Shown here: piece after piece, positions 1 to 9,394 of the stretch
Layout: the number at the start of each line of letters is the position of its first letter
Position numbering within the stretch: the first letter of the stretch is position 1
Assembly (NCBI GenBank): GCA_016206785.1
Contig: JACQQV010000028.1
Coordinates: 5,438-69,437, forward strand
DNA length: 64,000 nt
Reading direction: 5' to 3'
From: Candidatus Omnitrophota bacterium
GTDB taxonomy: Bacteria > Omnitrophota > Gorgyraeia > JACQQV01
Program-made: the position numbers and the translations under genes
The notes under the pieces: model-generated
Told to the model about the DNA's origin: nothing
What the model saw: the letters and a program-made list of their open reading frames with translations, nothing else
Database searches by the model: none

Positions 1-2
1 GT

Positions 3-131
3 GTAGGCCTTCTGGGTGAACTGATTGTTCACGCATCGCACGAGAACCCCCTTTCTCCGGAAAGGTCTTGTGAGATGGATGCGCCAGTTGTGATCAATCA
101 ATCTGAGGTATTGGATACAGAGATTACATGA
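3..131 (+). CDS. 3' end of an upstream gene (partial, product unknown)
   Basis: Frame open from the window edge and ending ...VLDTEIT* with the TGA overlapping the ATG at 128 (ATGA junction); no recognisable motif. Confidence 0.2.
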   Translation, partial: VGLLGELIVHASHENPLSPERSCEMDAPVVINQSEVLDTEIT

Positions 132-1258
132 GAGTATTTGTTACCACAGGAGACAGAATTCATCCGATCAAAGGAGGGGGCGCGCTCAGGACAACGAAGA
201 TCGCCGGGGAATTATGGAGCCAGAGTCATGAAGTCACTCTGCTTGCACCTTCGGAGGGAGAAGGGTCATTCAATGGGATCAAGGTCATTTCGGTGCCTGA
301 GGTCACGCAGGAAAAGTCCATTATCTTGGGCCCCATTCTTTTTACGCTAACATCTTTCCTGGCCCTGTGCAAGAACAGAAACAAAATCGATCTTGTCATC
401 TCACACAATTCAGTTGCAGCAATACCCAGTTTGATTTTTACAAAAATATTTAGGAAGAAATTTGTTTTGGACATCACGGATATTCAAACTGAATATTTTA
501 AAGAGACCCGGAAAGGCTTCTTGTGGAGCGTGGCCGTATATTTCATGATCATGATAGAGGTGTGGCTCATCAAACATTCGGGCAGGGTTGTCGTGGTATC
601 TAAGATCATGAAAGATACCCTTGTCAGAAAGGGCGTTCCTTCCGAAAGAATATTTGTTGTCTACGACGGTGTAGAAACGGAAAAGTTCTCGCTTCCTAAG
701 AAGAAACAACCGCATCCTGTGATTATTCATCACGGAAGTATCAGTCCCCATGACGGTGTGGAGTATATCCCCTATTCTGCCGTTGAAGTTTTAAAAAAAT
801 ATCCAACCGCAAAATTTTACATCGTGGGCTCAGGAAATAGAATTCACGCTGTGAGAGAGATTGTCAAAAGATTCGACTTGGAACCCTCTTTCGTGTTTAC
901 AGGTTGGAAACCGTACGAAGAAATGAAAAGTTACTTACAAATTGCCGATATCGGCTTAATCACACGCCCCAACACACTGGCAAATAATGCTGTATTGACG
1001 TTAAAGCTTTTAGAATATTGGGCAAGTGGGACAGCCCCGATCGCTGCAAGATTGAAAGGCATCCAGGAAATATCAGAAGAAAACGAAAATGTTTTGTTTT
1101 TTACACCCGAGTCACCCCTTGAATTGGCCGGATGTATTATTCGCTTGATCGAAGATCCTTTACTCTTAGCGAGGATCCAAGGGAACGGACAGAAGGTCGC
1201 GCAAAGATTCGATTGGGGTAGTTTAATAAAAGAAATCGTTCACCTAAGTATTCACTAA
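128..1258 (+). CDS. glycosyltransferase, family 4-like (GT-B fold)
   Basis: 376 aa; C-terminal GT4-type nucleotide-sugar binding motif ...LEYWASGTAPIAARLKGIQEI...; sits first in a co-directional glycan gene array. Confidence 0.6.
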   Translation: MRVFVTTGDRIHPIKGGGALRTTKIAGELWSQSHEVTLLAPSEGEGSFNGIKVISVPEVTQEKSIILGPILFTLTSFLALCKNRNKIDLVISHNSVAAIPSLIFTKIFRKKFVLDITDIQTEYFKETRKGFLWSVAVYFMIMIEVWLIKHSGRVVVVSKIMKDTLVRKGVPSERIFVVYDGVETEKFSLPKKKQPHPVIIHHGSISPHDGVEYIPYSAVEVLKKYPTAKFYIVGSGNRIHAVREIVKRFDLEPSFVFTGWKPYEEMKSYLQIADIGLITRPNTLANNAVLTLKLLEYWASGTAPIAARLKGIQEISEENENVLFFTPESPLELAGCIIRLIEDPLLLARIQGNGQKVAQRFDWGSLIKEIVHLSIH

Positions 1259-1260
1259 AA

Positions 1261-2361
1261 ATGATGAGAATTCTACACGTTGTCGGTGCGCGTCCTAATT
1301 TCATGAAAATCGCACCCCTTCTTCCGGCATTCTCGAAATATCGGGGGGTGACCCAGTATCTCATCCATACGGGGCAGCATTACGACGATGAGATGTCGAA
1401 ACGGTTTTTCCTCGACCTGGATATCAAACCGCCCGACATTTTCCTGGGTGTGGGTTCTGGTTCACACGCGGAACAGACAGGGAAGATTATGATCGCTTTT
1501 GAAAAGGTGCTCTGCAGAGAAAAACCGGATTGGGTGGTCGTGATGGGCGATGTCAATTCAACACTCGCAGCGGCACTTGTCTGTGCAAAAGAAAGGGTTC
1601 GTCTTGCCCATGTGGAGGCCGGGCTTCGGAGCTTTGACAGAACGATGGCGGAAGAGGTCAACCGTATCGTAACCGATCGCCTGTCCAATGCACTTTTCAC
1701 GACCTCCGAAGAGGCCAATGAAAACCTGAAACGGGAAGGAATCTCCGAAGACAAAATATTTTTTGTCGGAAACATCATGATTGATTCCCTCGTGAGATTC
1801 CGTCAGAAAGCAGAAAATTCCCCTATTCTAAAGGATCTTCAGCTGGCACCCAAGACATATGCCGTGATGACGCTTCATCGGCCGACCAACGTCGATGAGG
1901 CGACCCCCCTTCGAAACATTACGCAGGCATTGAGGGAGCTCCAGCAGGAGATCCGCATTATTTTTCCTGTTCATCCCCGCTGCGCCAAGAACCTTGAGCG
2001 GTTAAACCTGAAAGGGGAGTTTTCCAAAATGAAAAATGTGACGCTTGTCAACCCGCTCGGCTATCTTGATTTCTTAAAACTCTCTTCCGCGTCCCTTTTT
2101 GTGATGACAGATTCCGGGGGCGTTCAAGAGGAAACTACATTTCTCGACGTCCCTTGTTTAACGTTGCGGGAGAATACGGAGCGGCCCGTCACCGTCACCC
2201 AGGGAACAAATGAAATCGTCGGAAATGATCCTGAGCGGATCGTCCGGATGAGCCGCCAGATCCTTCAAGGGAGAAGGAAGACCGGAAGAGTTCCCGATCT
2301 TTGGGACGGTCAGACCGCTGAGCGGATCGCCGCGATCCTTATGAATGGTAGCATCAAATGA
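1261..2361 (+). CDS. wecB: UDP-N-acetylglucosamine 2-epimerase (non-hydrolysing), WecB/MnaA family
   Basis: 366 aa; MRILHVVGARPNFMKIAPL...HTGQHYD...AHVEAGLRSFDRTMAEEVNR, the canonical UDP-GlcNAc 2-epimerase signatures. Confidence 0.9.
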   Translation: MMRILHVVGARPNFMKIAPLLPAFSKYRGVTQYLIHTGQHYDDEMSKRFFLDLDIKPPDIFLGVGSGSHAEQTGKIMIAFEKVLCREKPDWVVVMGDVNSTLAAALVCAKERVRLAHVEAGLRSFDRTMAEEVNRIVTDRLSNALFTTSEEANENLKREGISEDKIFFVGNIMIDSLVRFRQKAENSPILKDLQLAPKTYAVMTLHRPTNVDEATPLRNITQALRELQQEIRIIFPVHPRCAKNLERLNLKGEFSKMKNVTLVNPLGYLDFLKLSSASLFVMTDSGGVQEETTFLDVPCLTLRENTERPVTVTQGTNEIVGNDPERIVRMSRQILQGRRKTGRVPDLWDGQTAERIAAILMNGSIK

Positions 2362-3713
2362 CCAAACGGTTCACGAATATTCTCCTTTTTCTCCTTCTGC
2401 TTTCAGGGGGCTTGTTGGGGCTCGAGTGGATCGGCCCCTGGATCATCCTTCTGGGAGGAACTTTGATAGGTGGAGGAGTGATTGTGTGGAAGGTCCCCCC
2501 GGGAGAGAAGCGCTATGTGCTTGAAGTTTTTCTCGCCGCCGTTTTACTCCGCGTGTGTACGATTTTGCCTTTTTTCGTTCTCTCTTATACGGGTGTGGGA
2601 TTCCATCCCGGTTTCTTCTTCGCCTCAGACGGTTATGGATATCATGAAAACGGCTGGCAAATTGCACAGTTGTGGGAAAAAGGTCTTCTCATCACTCCCA
2701 AGTTACTCATCGGTTCATTCACAGGGACGATGCCCAGCCCCTATGAATTCTGGAATGCTTTTATCTATTCTTTCACCGGAAAAAGTCCTTTGTCTCTTTT
2801 CTTCGTGAACGCACTCGTTGGTGTATGGTCCTCCCTCTTTGTCTTCCTCTTTACAGAAAAGTTTTTTGGAAGAAGAGCTGCACGACTTGCGATGCTCTTT
2901 TCTGCCTTTTGGCCCTCTCTGCTCTTTTGGTCTATCCAGAATCTGCGTGATCCTATGGTCAATTTGGCCATTTTTCTTCTGATGTGGTCCGCCCTTGAAC
3001 TTCGTTACCGCTTGAGCGTTCGATTTATCTTCACAGGACTGATTTCGTCTTACGTTCTTTTCAAGTTCAGGATGCCCGTCTGTTTACTCATCCTTTTTCT
3101 CATCTTTATTTGGTTTTTAGGGACGAGTCAGTTCTACAGAAAGATGAAACTGCTTTTCATCGTTTTGCTCGTCTTTATCTCTGTAGCGCAAGGCCTGAAA
3201 TTCTGGAAGAACCTTGAGGGGGCGTTTAAGCAAAAGATGGCAAAGGCCAGTGTAGAAGCTTTTTATACCACAGATGTCTCTATTGCCCAGTGGGTCGATT
3301 ATCTCCGGACGGCCAGGGCAAGCGGAGGATCCGCATTTTTAAAGGGGGTTGATTTTACGAATCCCAAGCAGGCTATCGTTTATCTGCCCGCCGCGATGGG
3401 CTATGCCCTCTTTGCTCCCTTCCCATGGCAAGGGGGGAGCGGATCTTCTCTTCTGGGCGCCTTTGAGATGTCCATTCTTTACCTTTGCCTCCCTTTTATT
3501 CTGGGGGGGATTCGACATTCCCTGCGAGTGATGCGGGATCAGACTTTTCTCATCCTGCTCGTTTTCTCCTTTCTTTCCTTACTGTTGGCACTTATCGAAG
3601 GAAATGTTGGGACGCTCTTTCGACATCGTTCCATGATGCTCAGTTTCATCCTTATTTTTATAGCGGTGGGACTATCCCATCCCTCCAGAAAGGTTGCCCG
3701 TCAAAATGTCTGA
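2358..3713 (+). CDS. polytopic membrane protein, possibly a Wzy-like polymerase or O-antigen-ligase-like protein
   Basis: 451 aa with 10 or more hydrophobic helices and a large loop; no catalytic motif recognised; the call rests on context in the glycan cluster. Confidence 0.35.
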   Translation: MTKRFTNILLFLLLLSGGLLGLEWIGPWIILLGGTLIGGGVIVWKVPPGEKRYVLEVFLAAVLLRVCTILPFFVLSYTGVGFHPGFFFASDGYGYHENGWQIAQLWEKGLLITPKLLIGSFTGTMPSPYEFWNAFIYSFTGKSPLSLFFVNALVGVWSSLFVFLFTEKFFGRRAARLAMLFSAFWPSLLFWSIQNLRDPMVNLAIFLLMWSALELRYRLSVRFIFTGLISSYVLFKFRMPVCLLILFLIFIWFLGTSQFYRKMKLLFIVLLVFISVAQGLKFWKNLEGAFKQKMAKASVEAFYTTDVSIAQWVDYLRTARASGGSAFLKGVDFTNPKQAIVYLPAAMGYALFAPFPWQGGSGSSLLGAFEMSILYLCLPFILGGIRHSLRVMRDQTFLILLVFSFLSLLLALIEGNVGTLFRHRSMMLSFILIFIAVGLSHPSRKVARQNV

Positions 3714-5172
3714 TTTCTCACAAATGACCTTGCCGAGAGAGGAAATAGTGGGGCAATCGGCAGCCAGCCCCCTAGAGGAAGTCTCGGAGAAGAGAAGAAA
3801 GGAGGTCCTGCTTTTCTGCGACAAACTGGCCGACACCTATGATGACTGGCATTCGAAGAACCGGTATTATTACCGCGAAGTGGAATCTTTCTGTTCAGAT
3901 ATTGTCTCGAAGGAATCTCGTATCCTTGAGATCGGATGCGGGACAGGGGATCTATTAAACAGAATCGCCAAAGAAGACGGAATAGGCATAGACATCAGTC
4001 CTCGCATGATTTCACTGGCTTCGAAAAAATATCCCCACTTGAAACTTCAGGTATCCGATATTGAACACTTGGAAGAAAGAGATCCCTTTGACTACGTCAT
4101 CATGTCTCACCTGATGGAATTTATTCCGGATTTATGGGCGTTTCTTGCCGAGGTCAAGAAACATACCCATCCGGAGACGCGGCTCGTTATCTTAACCACC
4201 AATCCTTTGTGGGAACCGATCATGCGGCTTGGGGCGAAATGGAGATTACGGAGTCCCGAAACCATTCGGAACTTCATCACCCGAAGAGACCTCGTCAACA
4301 TTCTTGAGTTACTCGGGTATGAGGTTACCTCGAGCGGCTTTAGGATCTTTTTCCCGAAAAGAATCCCCTTCATTTCGTTTTGGTTGAATAAAATCTTGCC
4401 GCGCCTTCCTGTTGTCAATAACCTCTGCGCCCTTCAATTTATCATTGCGAAGCCCGAGTCGACGGAGAAGAAGGTGCAGGAACTCTCTTGTTCAGTCATC
4501 GTCCCTTGTTTCAATGAAGCGGAAAACATCGAGGTGTGCGTGAAGCGGATCCCGAAAATGGGGATCCGGACAGAGGTGGTGGTCGTGGACGACGGCTCAA
4601 CGGATGGTACAGGAGAGAGGGCCCGCCGCATCGAAGACCCCGAGAAGGAGGTTCAAGTCATTTCCTACAGTCCGAACAGGGGAAAGGCGAGTGCGGTCCG
4701 CACCGGCATCGAAGCAGCTGGGGGAGACGTCCTCATGATTCTGGATGCGGACATGGCGGTCATGCCTGAGGAGTTACCCCGATTCTTCAAGGTTCTTTCC
4801 GAAGGAAGGGCTGAGTTTGTGAACGGAACGCGGATGGTCTATCCCATGGCCTCCGGGGCAATGAAATTTCTCAATTTTTTGGGCAATAAAATATTCGGCA
4901 TCATTCTAAGTTTTATTATGGAACAGAGAAATACCGACACGCTGTGCGGCACCAAGGCCTTCTTTAAGAAACATTTCAGGTCCTTTGTGAAAGGGAAGGA
5001 TGCGTGGGGAGATTTCGATCTTTTGTTTGAGGCGGCCCGGAAAAGATTAAAGATGGCCGAACTTCCGATTCACTACACGGTTCGCGAAAAGGGGAAATCC
5101 AAGATGAAACCCCTTCGGGACGGCGCGTCGATTCTCAAAACCTGTTTTCACGGTCTCAAAGGTATTCACTAA
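3694..5172 (+). CDS. bifunctional class I SAM-dependent methyltransferase / family 2 glycosyltransferase fusion
   Basis: N-terminal half has MTase motif I ILEIGCGTGDLL; C-terminal half has GT2 signatures SVIVPCFNEAENI...VVVVDDGSTDGT...ILDADMA (DxD). Start could instead be the ATG at 3706. Confidence 0.75.
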   Translation: MPVKMSDFSQMTLPREEIVGQSAASPLEEVSEKRRKEVLLFCDKLADTYDDWHSKNRYYYREVESFCSDIVSKESRILEIGCGTGDLLNRIAKEDGIGIDISPRMISLASKKYPHLKLQVSDIEHLEERDPFDYVIMSHLMEFIPDLWAFLAEVKKHTHPETRLVILTTNPLWEPIMRLGAKWRLRSPETIRNFITRRDLVNILELLGYEVTSSGFRIFFPKRIPFISFWLNKILPRLPVVNNLCALQFIIAKPESTEKKVQELSCSVIVPCFNEAENIEVCVKRIPKMGIRTEVVVVDDGSTDGTGERARRIEDPEKEVQVISYSPNRGKASAVRTGIEAAGGDVLMILDADMAVMPEELPRFFKVLSEGRAEFVNGTRMVYPMASGAMKFLNFLGNKIFGIILSFIMEQRNTDTLCGTKAFFKKHFRSFVKGKDAWGDFDLLFEAARKRLKMAELPIHYTVREKGKSKMKPLRDGASILKTCFHGLKGIH

Positions 5173-5187
5173 GGAGGCCTCTAGGAA

Positions 5188-5904
5188 GTGCAAACGGCAC
5201 AGGCAAACCCGGTCAGAGTAGAGGGGGAAATTCCTTATTGGACAACCGTTGCGGGGAGGCGCCGCGTCCTTCGCAGGGCCTTTTACCTTCGCACACTAGG
5301 GGGTATTGAAAAAGGGAAGGCGGTTTTGGAGGTGGGGTGTGGGGTTGGTACGTTTACAGAAAAATTGACAGAAGAAGGGGTACGCCTAACCGCCATCGAC
5401 ATTCTTCCGGACTTTGTGCAGAAGGCGTATCGCAGAATCAACCAACAGGCACATTGCGTCGTCGCAGACGCCATGGTGACACCTTTCTGCGCAGAAACGT
5501 TTGATGCCGTCGTGGGGAGTTCTATCCTACATCATTTGAATGCCGAAGCGGCGTTGAAGGAATTTTGGCGGGTGCTCCGTCCGGGAGGTCGCTTGGCATT
5601 GGCAGAGCCCAACATGCTTAATCCTCAGATCTTTGTGATGAAGAATGTGCCCGCGGTGAAACGATGGATGGGGGAAGATCCTGATGAAACAGCCTTTATC
5701 CGTTGGGGTCTTGCGCATACCCTGCAGAGGATCGGGTTTCAAGACATTCGCATCTTTCCCTATGATTATCTTCATCCTTCTACGCCTGCTTTCTTCATTC
5801 CCTTCGTTGAGAGGATGGGACAATGGTTTGAATGCATTCCGGTCCTCCGTGAATTTGCAGGTTCACTCATGATTGTCGCTAAGAAAGGGGATGTCTCTTC
5901 ATGA
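5188..5904 (+). CDS. class I SAM-dependent methyltransferase
   Basis: GTG start preceded by AGGAGG; motif I LEVGCGVGTFTEKL and post-I LRPGGRLALAEP. Confidence 0.75.
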   Translation: MQTAQANPVRVEGEIPYWTTVAGRRRVLRRAFYLRTLGGIEKGKAVLEVGCGVGTFTEKLTEEGVRLTAIDILPDFVQKAYRRINQQAHCVVADAMVTPFCAETFDAVVGSSILHHLNAEAALKEFWRVLRPGGRLALAEPNMLNPQIFVMKNVPAVKRWMGEDPDETAFIRWGLAHTLQRIGFQDIRIFPYDYLHPSTPAFFIPFVERMGQWFECIPVLREFAGSLMIVAKKGDVSS

Positions 5905-6590
5905 AATTGAGCATTGTGATGCCTGTCTATAATGAGAAAGAGACGATACAAAAGATCATTGAAAAGGTTAAACAGGTCCCTCTTGACCTTGAAAAGGAGA
6001 TCATTATCGTCGATGACGGCTCAACCGATGGAACGCGGCAGTTCTTGGAGGCGATGCCTCAAGACAATGTCAAAATTATTTACCACAGCAAGAACATGGG
6101 AAAGGGAGCCGCACTGCGAACAGGTTTTGCTCAGGCGGGGGGCGACGTCGTGATGACACAGGACTCCGATCTTGAATATGATCCTGCGGATTATGCCATC
6201 CTCCTCGACCCGATTCTCCGAGGTGCAGCGGATGTCGTCTATGGTTCGAGGCTTTCAGGCGGTAGGCCCCAGCGGGTCTATCTTTTCTGGCACAAGATGG
6301 GGAATAATTTTCTTACCTTTATTACCAATCTCCTTTATAACACAACCCTCACGGATATGGAAACAGGGTACAAGGTGTTTAGGAAAGAGGTCGTCCAGAG
6401 ACTTCGGTTGCGGTGTAAGGGGTTTTCCATCGAGCCCGAAATCACCGCCAAGGTGTTCAAGCAGAAGGTCCGTGTCTATGAAGTCCCTATTGCCTACTAC
6501 GGCCGATCCTATCAGGAGGGGAAAAAGATTACGTGGCGGCATGGCTTAAGCGCCCTTTTGACGCTCATCTGGTTCCGCTTTTTTGATTAA
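5901..6590 (+). CDS. family 2 glycosyltransferase, Dpm1/ArnC-like polyprenyl-phosphate sugar synthase
   Basis: MKLSIVMPVYNEKETI...IIVDDGSTDGT...TQDSDLEYDP (DxD) with a short C-terminal hydrophobic tail, typical of Dpm1/ArnC/GtrB-type GT2. Confidence 0.75.
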   Translation: MKLSIVMPVYNEKETIQKIIEKVKQVPLDLEKEIIIVDDGSTDGTRQFLEAMPQDNVKIIYHSKNMGKGAALRTGFAQAGGDVVMTQDSDLEYDPADYAILLDPILRGAADVVYGSRLSGGRPQRVYLFWHKMGNNFLTFITNLLYNTTLTDMETGYKVFRKEVVQRLRLRCKGFSIEPEITAKVFKQKVRVYEVPIAYYGRSYQEGKKITWRHGLSALLTLIWFRFFD

Positions 6591-6608
6591 ACTGCCAAAG
6601 GGTAAAGA

Positions 6609-7244
6609 ATGGTCAAGGCTTTCTCTGCTTATTATGAAGAACAAATTTTGCAACTGATCCAAAAAATGAGATTGCCAAAAGGAGATAGAGTATTAGATGC
6701 AGGTTGTGGATCCCGTGCACGATTTCAATCGGCCATTGAGTCGCTCGGATATTCTTATGTTGGCGTCGATCGAGAGCCCCCGCAAGGGAATAAGAGTACA
6801 CTCCGCTTCGATCTCAACCAAGGCTTTCCGACCATCGACTTTGATCATTTAATCTGTATCAATAGCCTGCAGACCTTTGAAAAAGGTGAGGATTTTATGG
6901 AACGGGCGGCCAAAGTGGTGAAGAAGGGTGGAAAGGTATTTTTGACCCTTCCCAACCGAAAAAGTTTCCACTATCACGTATGGAGATGGATGGATCGTTA
7001 TGTCTATCACGATTATTCGTTCATGAATCCTCTGACAGAACGGAGCGTCGCGGCCTTCTTTGAGAAACAGGGGTTTCGTCTCCTTGAAGAAGGGGGAGTG
7101 ATGGCTTTTCCAAATCAGGTGGGGCTTATTTCCCCTTCTTTTCTCCAGCCCCTATGGATTCGAGCGGATCACTGGCTTGACCGGCTTTTTAAAAGGAAGG
7201 CCGATCGATATTCCTATACCTACCTTATTCTCATGAGGGAGTAA
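6609..7244 (+). CDS. class I SAM-dependent methyltransferase-like protein
   Basis: Motif I VLDAGCGSRARF; about 211 aa Rossmann-type MTase architecture. Confidence 0.55.
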   Translation: MVKAFSAYYEEQILQLIQKMRLPKGDRVLDAGCGSRARFQSAIESLGYSYVGVDREPPQGNKSTLRFDLNQGFPTIDFDHLICINSLQTFEKGEDFMERAAKVVKKGGKVFLTLPNRKSFHYHVWRWMDRYVYHDYSFMNPLTERSVAAFFEKQGFRLLEEGGVMAFPNQVGLISPSFLQPLWIRADHWLDRLFKRKADRYSYTYLILMRE

Positions 7245-8372
7245 ATGGGGATCCCGTACGTTGTCATCACGGCAGATTACGAACTCTTTTTCGGTTCGGA
7301 GACCGGAACGACAAAGAACTGTTTGATCGTTCCGACGGAAATGCTGAGGGAAACGCTTCGGAGGTTCGGCGCCAAAATGACGCTGTTCGTCGACATCTTA
7401 TATTACAAAAAATTGTGCGATGAAGGGCGACGCTATCCTCATCTTTTAGAAGAGGCGGGAGCGATCAAGAGACAGATACAGTCGTTGGCCAAAGAAGGTC
7501 ATGAAGTCGCACTCCACGTTCATCCGCACTGGCTCGATGCCAGGTATGAAGGGAATCATTGGGTTCTCCCGCTCCATCGGTACAGACTTCATCAGCTGAG
7601 TCAAGTAAAAGACCTTTCATTATGGGAGACGATCGCCGGCTGTTTCACCCTATCCCGGGAGCTTTTAGAGTCGATCGTACGAGAGACAGAAGCAGACTAC
7701 CGTATCGTCTCTTTCCGAGCGGGGGGCTTCTGTCTCCAGCCTTTCCGGGACGTTCGTGAGACAATGAAGTCAAATCATCTTTTGATCGATTCGAGCGTGT
7801 TTCCAGGAGGGAAATGCCATACCCATGAACTGGCATTTGATTTTCGAAATTGTCCCGGAAGACCTTTCTGGCGTTTTGAAGAAGAGGTCACCGAGGAGAG
7901 AGGGAATGGAACCTTTCTTGAAATTCCCATTACGGCAATTCCGGTCACCTCTTGGCGAAGGGTTTGCCATGCTCTGTTACGTCGTCAAGGAGGACCGTGG
8001 GTGCGCTACGGGAATGGAGAAACGATGGCGATTCGGGATGCATCGTTTCGAACACCCCGATGGAAACTTTTTGCCAAACCGTTTTCTACTTCTGCCACCT
8101 ACCTCAATTACGAAAGCATGACCTTTAAAGAAATGCTCTATCTCTTCAATCGGTATCTTTCCCGTTATGGGGGCGATGAAAGGGTACCGATTGTTTTCTT
8201 GGGTCATCCGAAAGCGATTTCGAAGCGTTCCCTCTGCGAACTGAGACGTTTCTTAAAGGAAATCACATCCTCTCAAAAAGGGGTTCTGACGACGTTAAGG
8301 GGATTTTATGGGGAGATCGCCGAAGATCCTCTTTCCTCTATCTCTCCGTATGCAGGAGTAACCATGCGATGA
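7245..8372 (+). CDS. hypothetical protein, possibly a divergent polysaccharide deacetylase / carbohydrate-esterase-like enzyme
   Basis: 375 aa; His-rich segment EGHEVALHVHPHW resembles the metal-binding region of CE4-type deacetylases, but the TFDDG motif is absent; the call is weak. Confidence 0.3.
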   Translation: MGIPYVVITADYELFFGSETGTTKNCLIVPTEMLRETLRRFGAKMTLFVDILYYKKLCDEGRRYPHLLEEAGAIKRQIQSLAKEGHEVALHVHPHWLDARYEGNHWVLPLHRYRLHQLSQVKDLSLWETIAGCFTLSRELLESIVRETEADYRIVSFRAGGFCLQPFRDVRETMKSNHLLIDSSVFPGGKCHTHELAFDFRNCPGRPFWRFEEEVTEERGNGTFLEIPITAIPVTSWRRVCHALLRRQGGPWVRYGNGETMAIRDASFRTPRWKLFAKPFSTSATYLNYESMTFKEMLYLFNRYLSRYGGDERVPIVFLGHPKAISKRSLCELRRFLKEITSSQKGVLTTLRGFYGEIAEDPLSSISPYAGVTMR

Positions 8373-9394
8373 GAAAGTGGCATCGTACTCTTTTAATCCT
8401 GTGCGGGGTCATGGGAGGGCTTCTGGCAGGAGAAGGGGCGGCCCGCCTCTATTTTCTATTGTCTAACTCATCCGATCATTTACGGATCAGTGCAAACCCC
8501 AGGATGTTGGTGGAACCCGAACCCTCCGTCACTTACAGAAGTCGAACGGGTCAAAGGGTCCGTGTGAATCAATTGGGCCTCAAAGGAGAGGAGATCTCTC
8601 CTAGAAAACCGGGCGAATTTCGAATCTTAGCGGTGGGAGATTCCATTATGGCGGGAGAATATCTTCCGGAAGAAGAACGTCTTCCTAATCTCCTTGCCCG
8701 TCGTCTTGCCCAGTCGACGGCGGAGAGGGTTCTGGTCTGGAATGCAGCGGTGGGAGGATACAACGTTTGGCAGGTGCTGGCGACTCTTGAGTCCAAAGCG
8801 CCTCGGGTGGATCCGGATCTTGTCCTTATCGGTGTCTGTGCGAATGATTACATCCCCTTTAAAAATCGTGCGTATCGGATTGGAGGTCGCGTTTTCATTG
8901 TAGGGCGGGATGGATCCATAGCCCGGCATCTCAATTTCCTTTATCAACGGAGCGATCTTTATAAGTGGGGATACGATAAGCTGCGCGAGGTCGTCTTTTC
9001 GCGACTCATTGCCGAGGAGGGGTATGCCGCATACCTTCAAGACTATGCGGTATCTGTAGATTCTGCTCATGTCGAGCGGTGGAAAGAAGCACTGGAACAG
9101 ATGGTGAAGATCGCGAAAGGCCTCCAAGCAAAACCCGTCTTTATCTTTTTTCCTCTTCATCCTCAGGTGTACCGGGGAGAGGAGGCGATGAACCGTCGTT
9201 TGGTCTCATGGGCTGAAGAAAAGCATTATTCATTCGTGGATTTAACGGGGGTCTTTAGGAAAGAGGATCCTACCGGGATGAGTCTCTACCGAGAACGGGA
9301 TGTCGTCCATCCGAACGGGAGGGGCTTTCACATCGCAGCGGAGTCTCTGTATGAGGTTCTCCAAGGGCCTCACAGAATGGGGGGCCTTCGATGA
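8369..9394 (+). CDS. SGNH/GDSL hydrolase family protein (putative polysaccharide O-acyl esterase or transferase)
   Basis: N-terminal signal/TM helix; GDSL block ILAVGDSIMAGEY and C-terminal DxxH block DVVHPNGRGFHIA. Confidence 0.7.
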   Translation: MRKWHRTLLILCGVMGGLLAGEGAARLYFLLSNSSDHLRISANPRMLVEPEPSVTYRSRTGQRVRVNQLGLKGEEISPRKPGEFRILAVGDSIMAGEYLPEEERLPNLLARRLAQSTAERVLVWNAAVGGYNVWQVLATLESKAPRVDPDLVLIGVCANDYIPFKNRAYRIGGRVFIVGRDGSIARHLNFLYQRSDLYKWGYDKLREVVFSRLIAEEGYAAYLQDYAVSVDSAHVERWKEALEQMVKIAKGLQAKPVFIFFPLHPQVYRGEEAMNRRLVSWAEEKHYSFVDLTGVFRKEDPTGMSLYRERDVVHPNGRGFHIAAESLYEVLQGPHRMGGLR

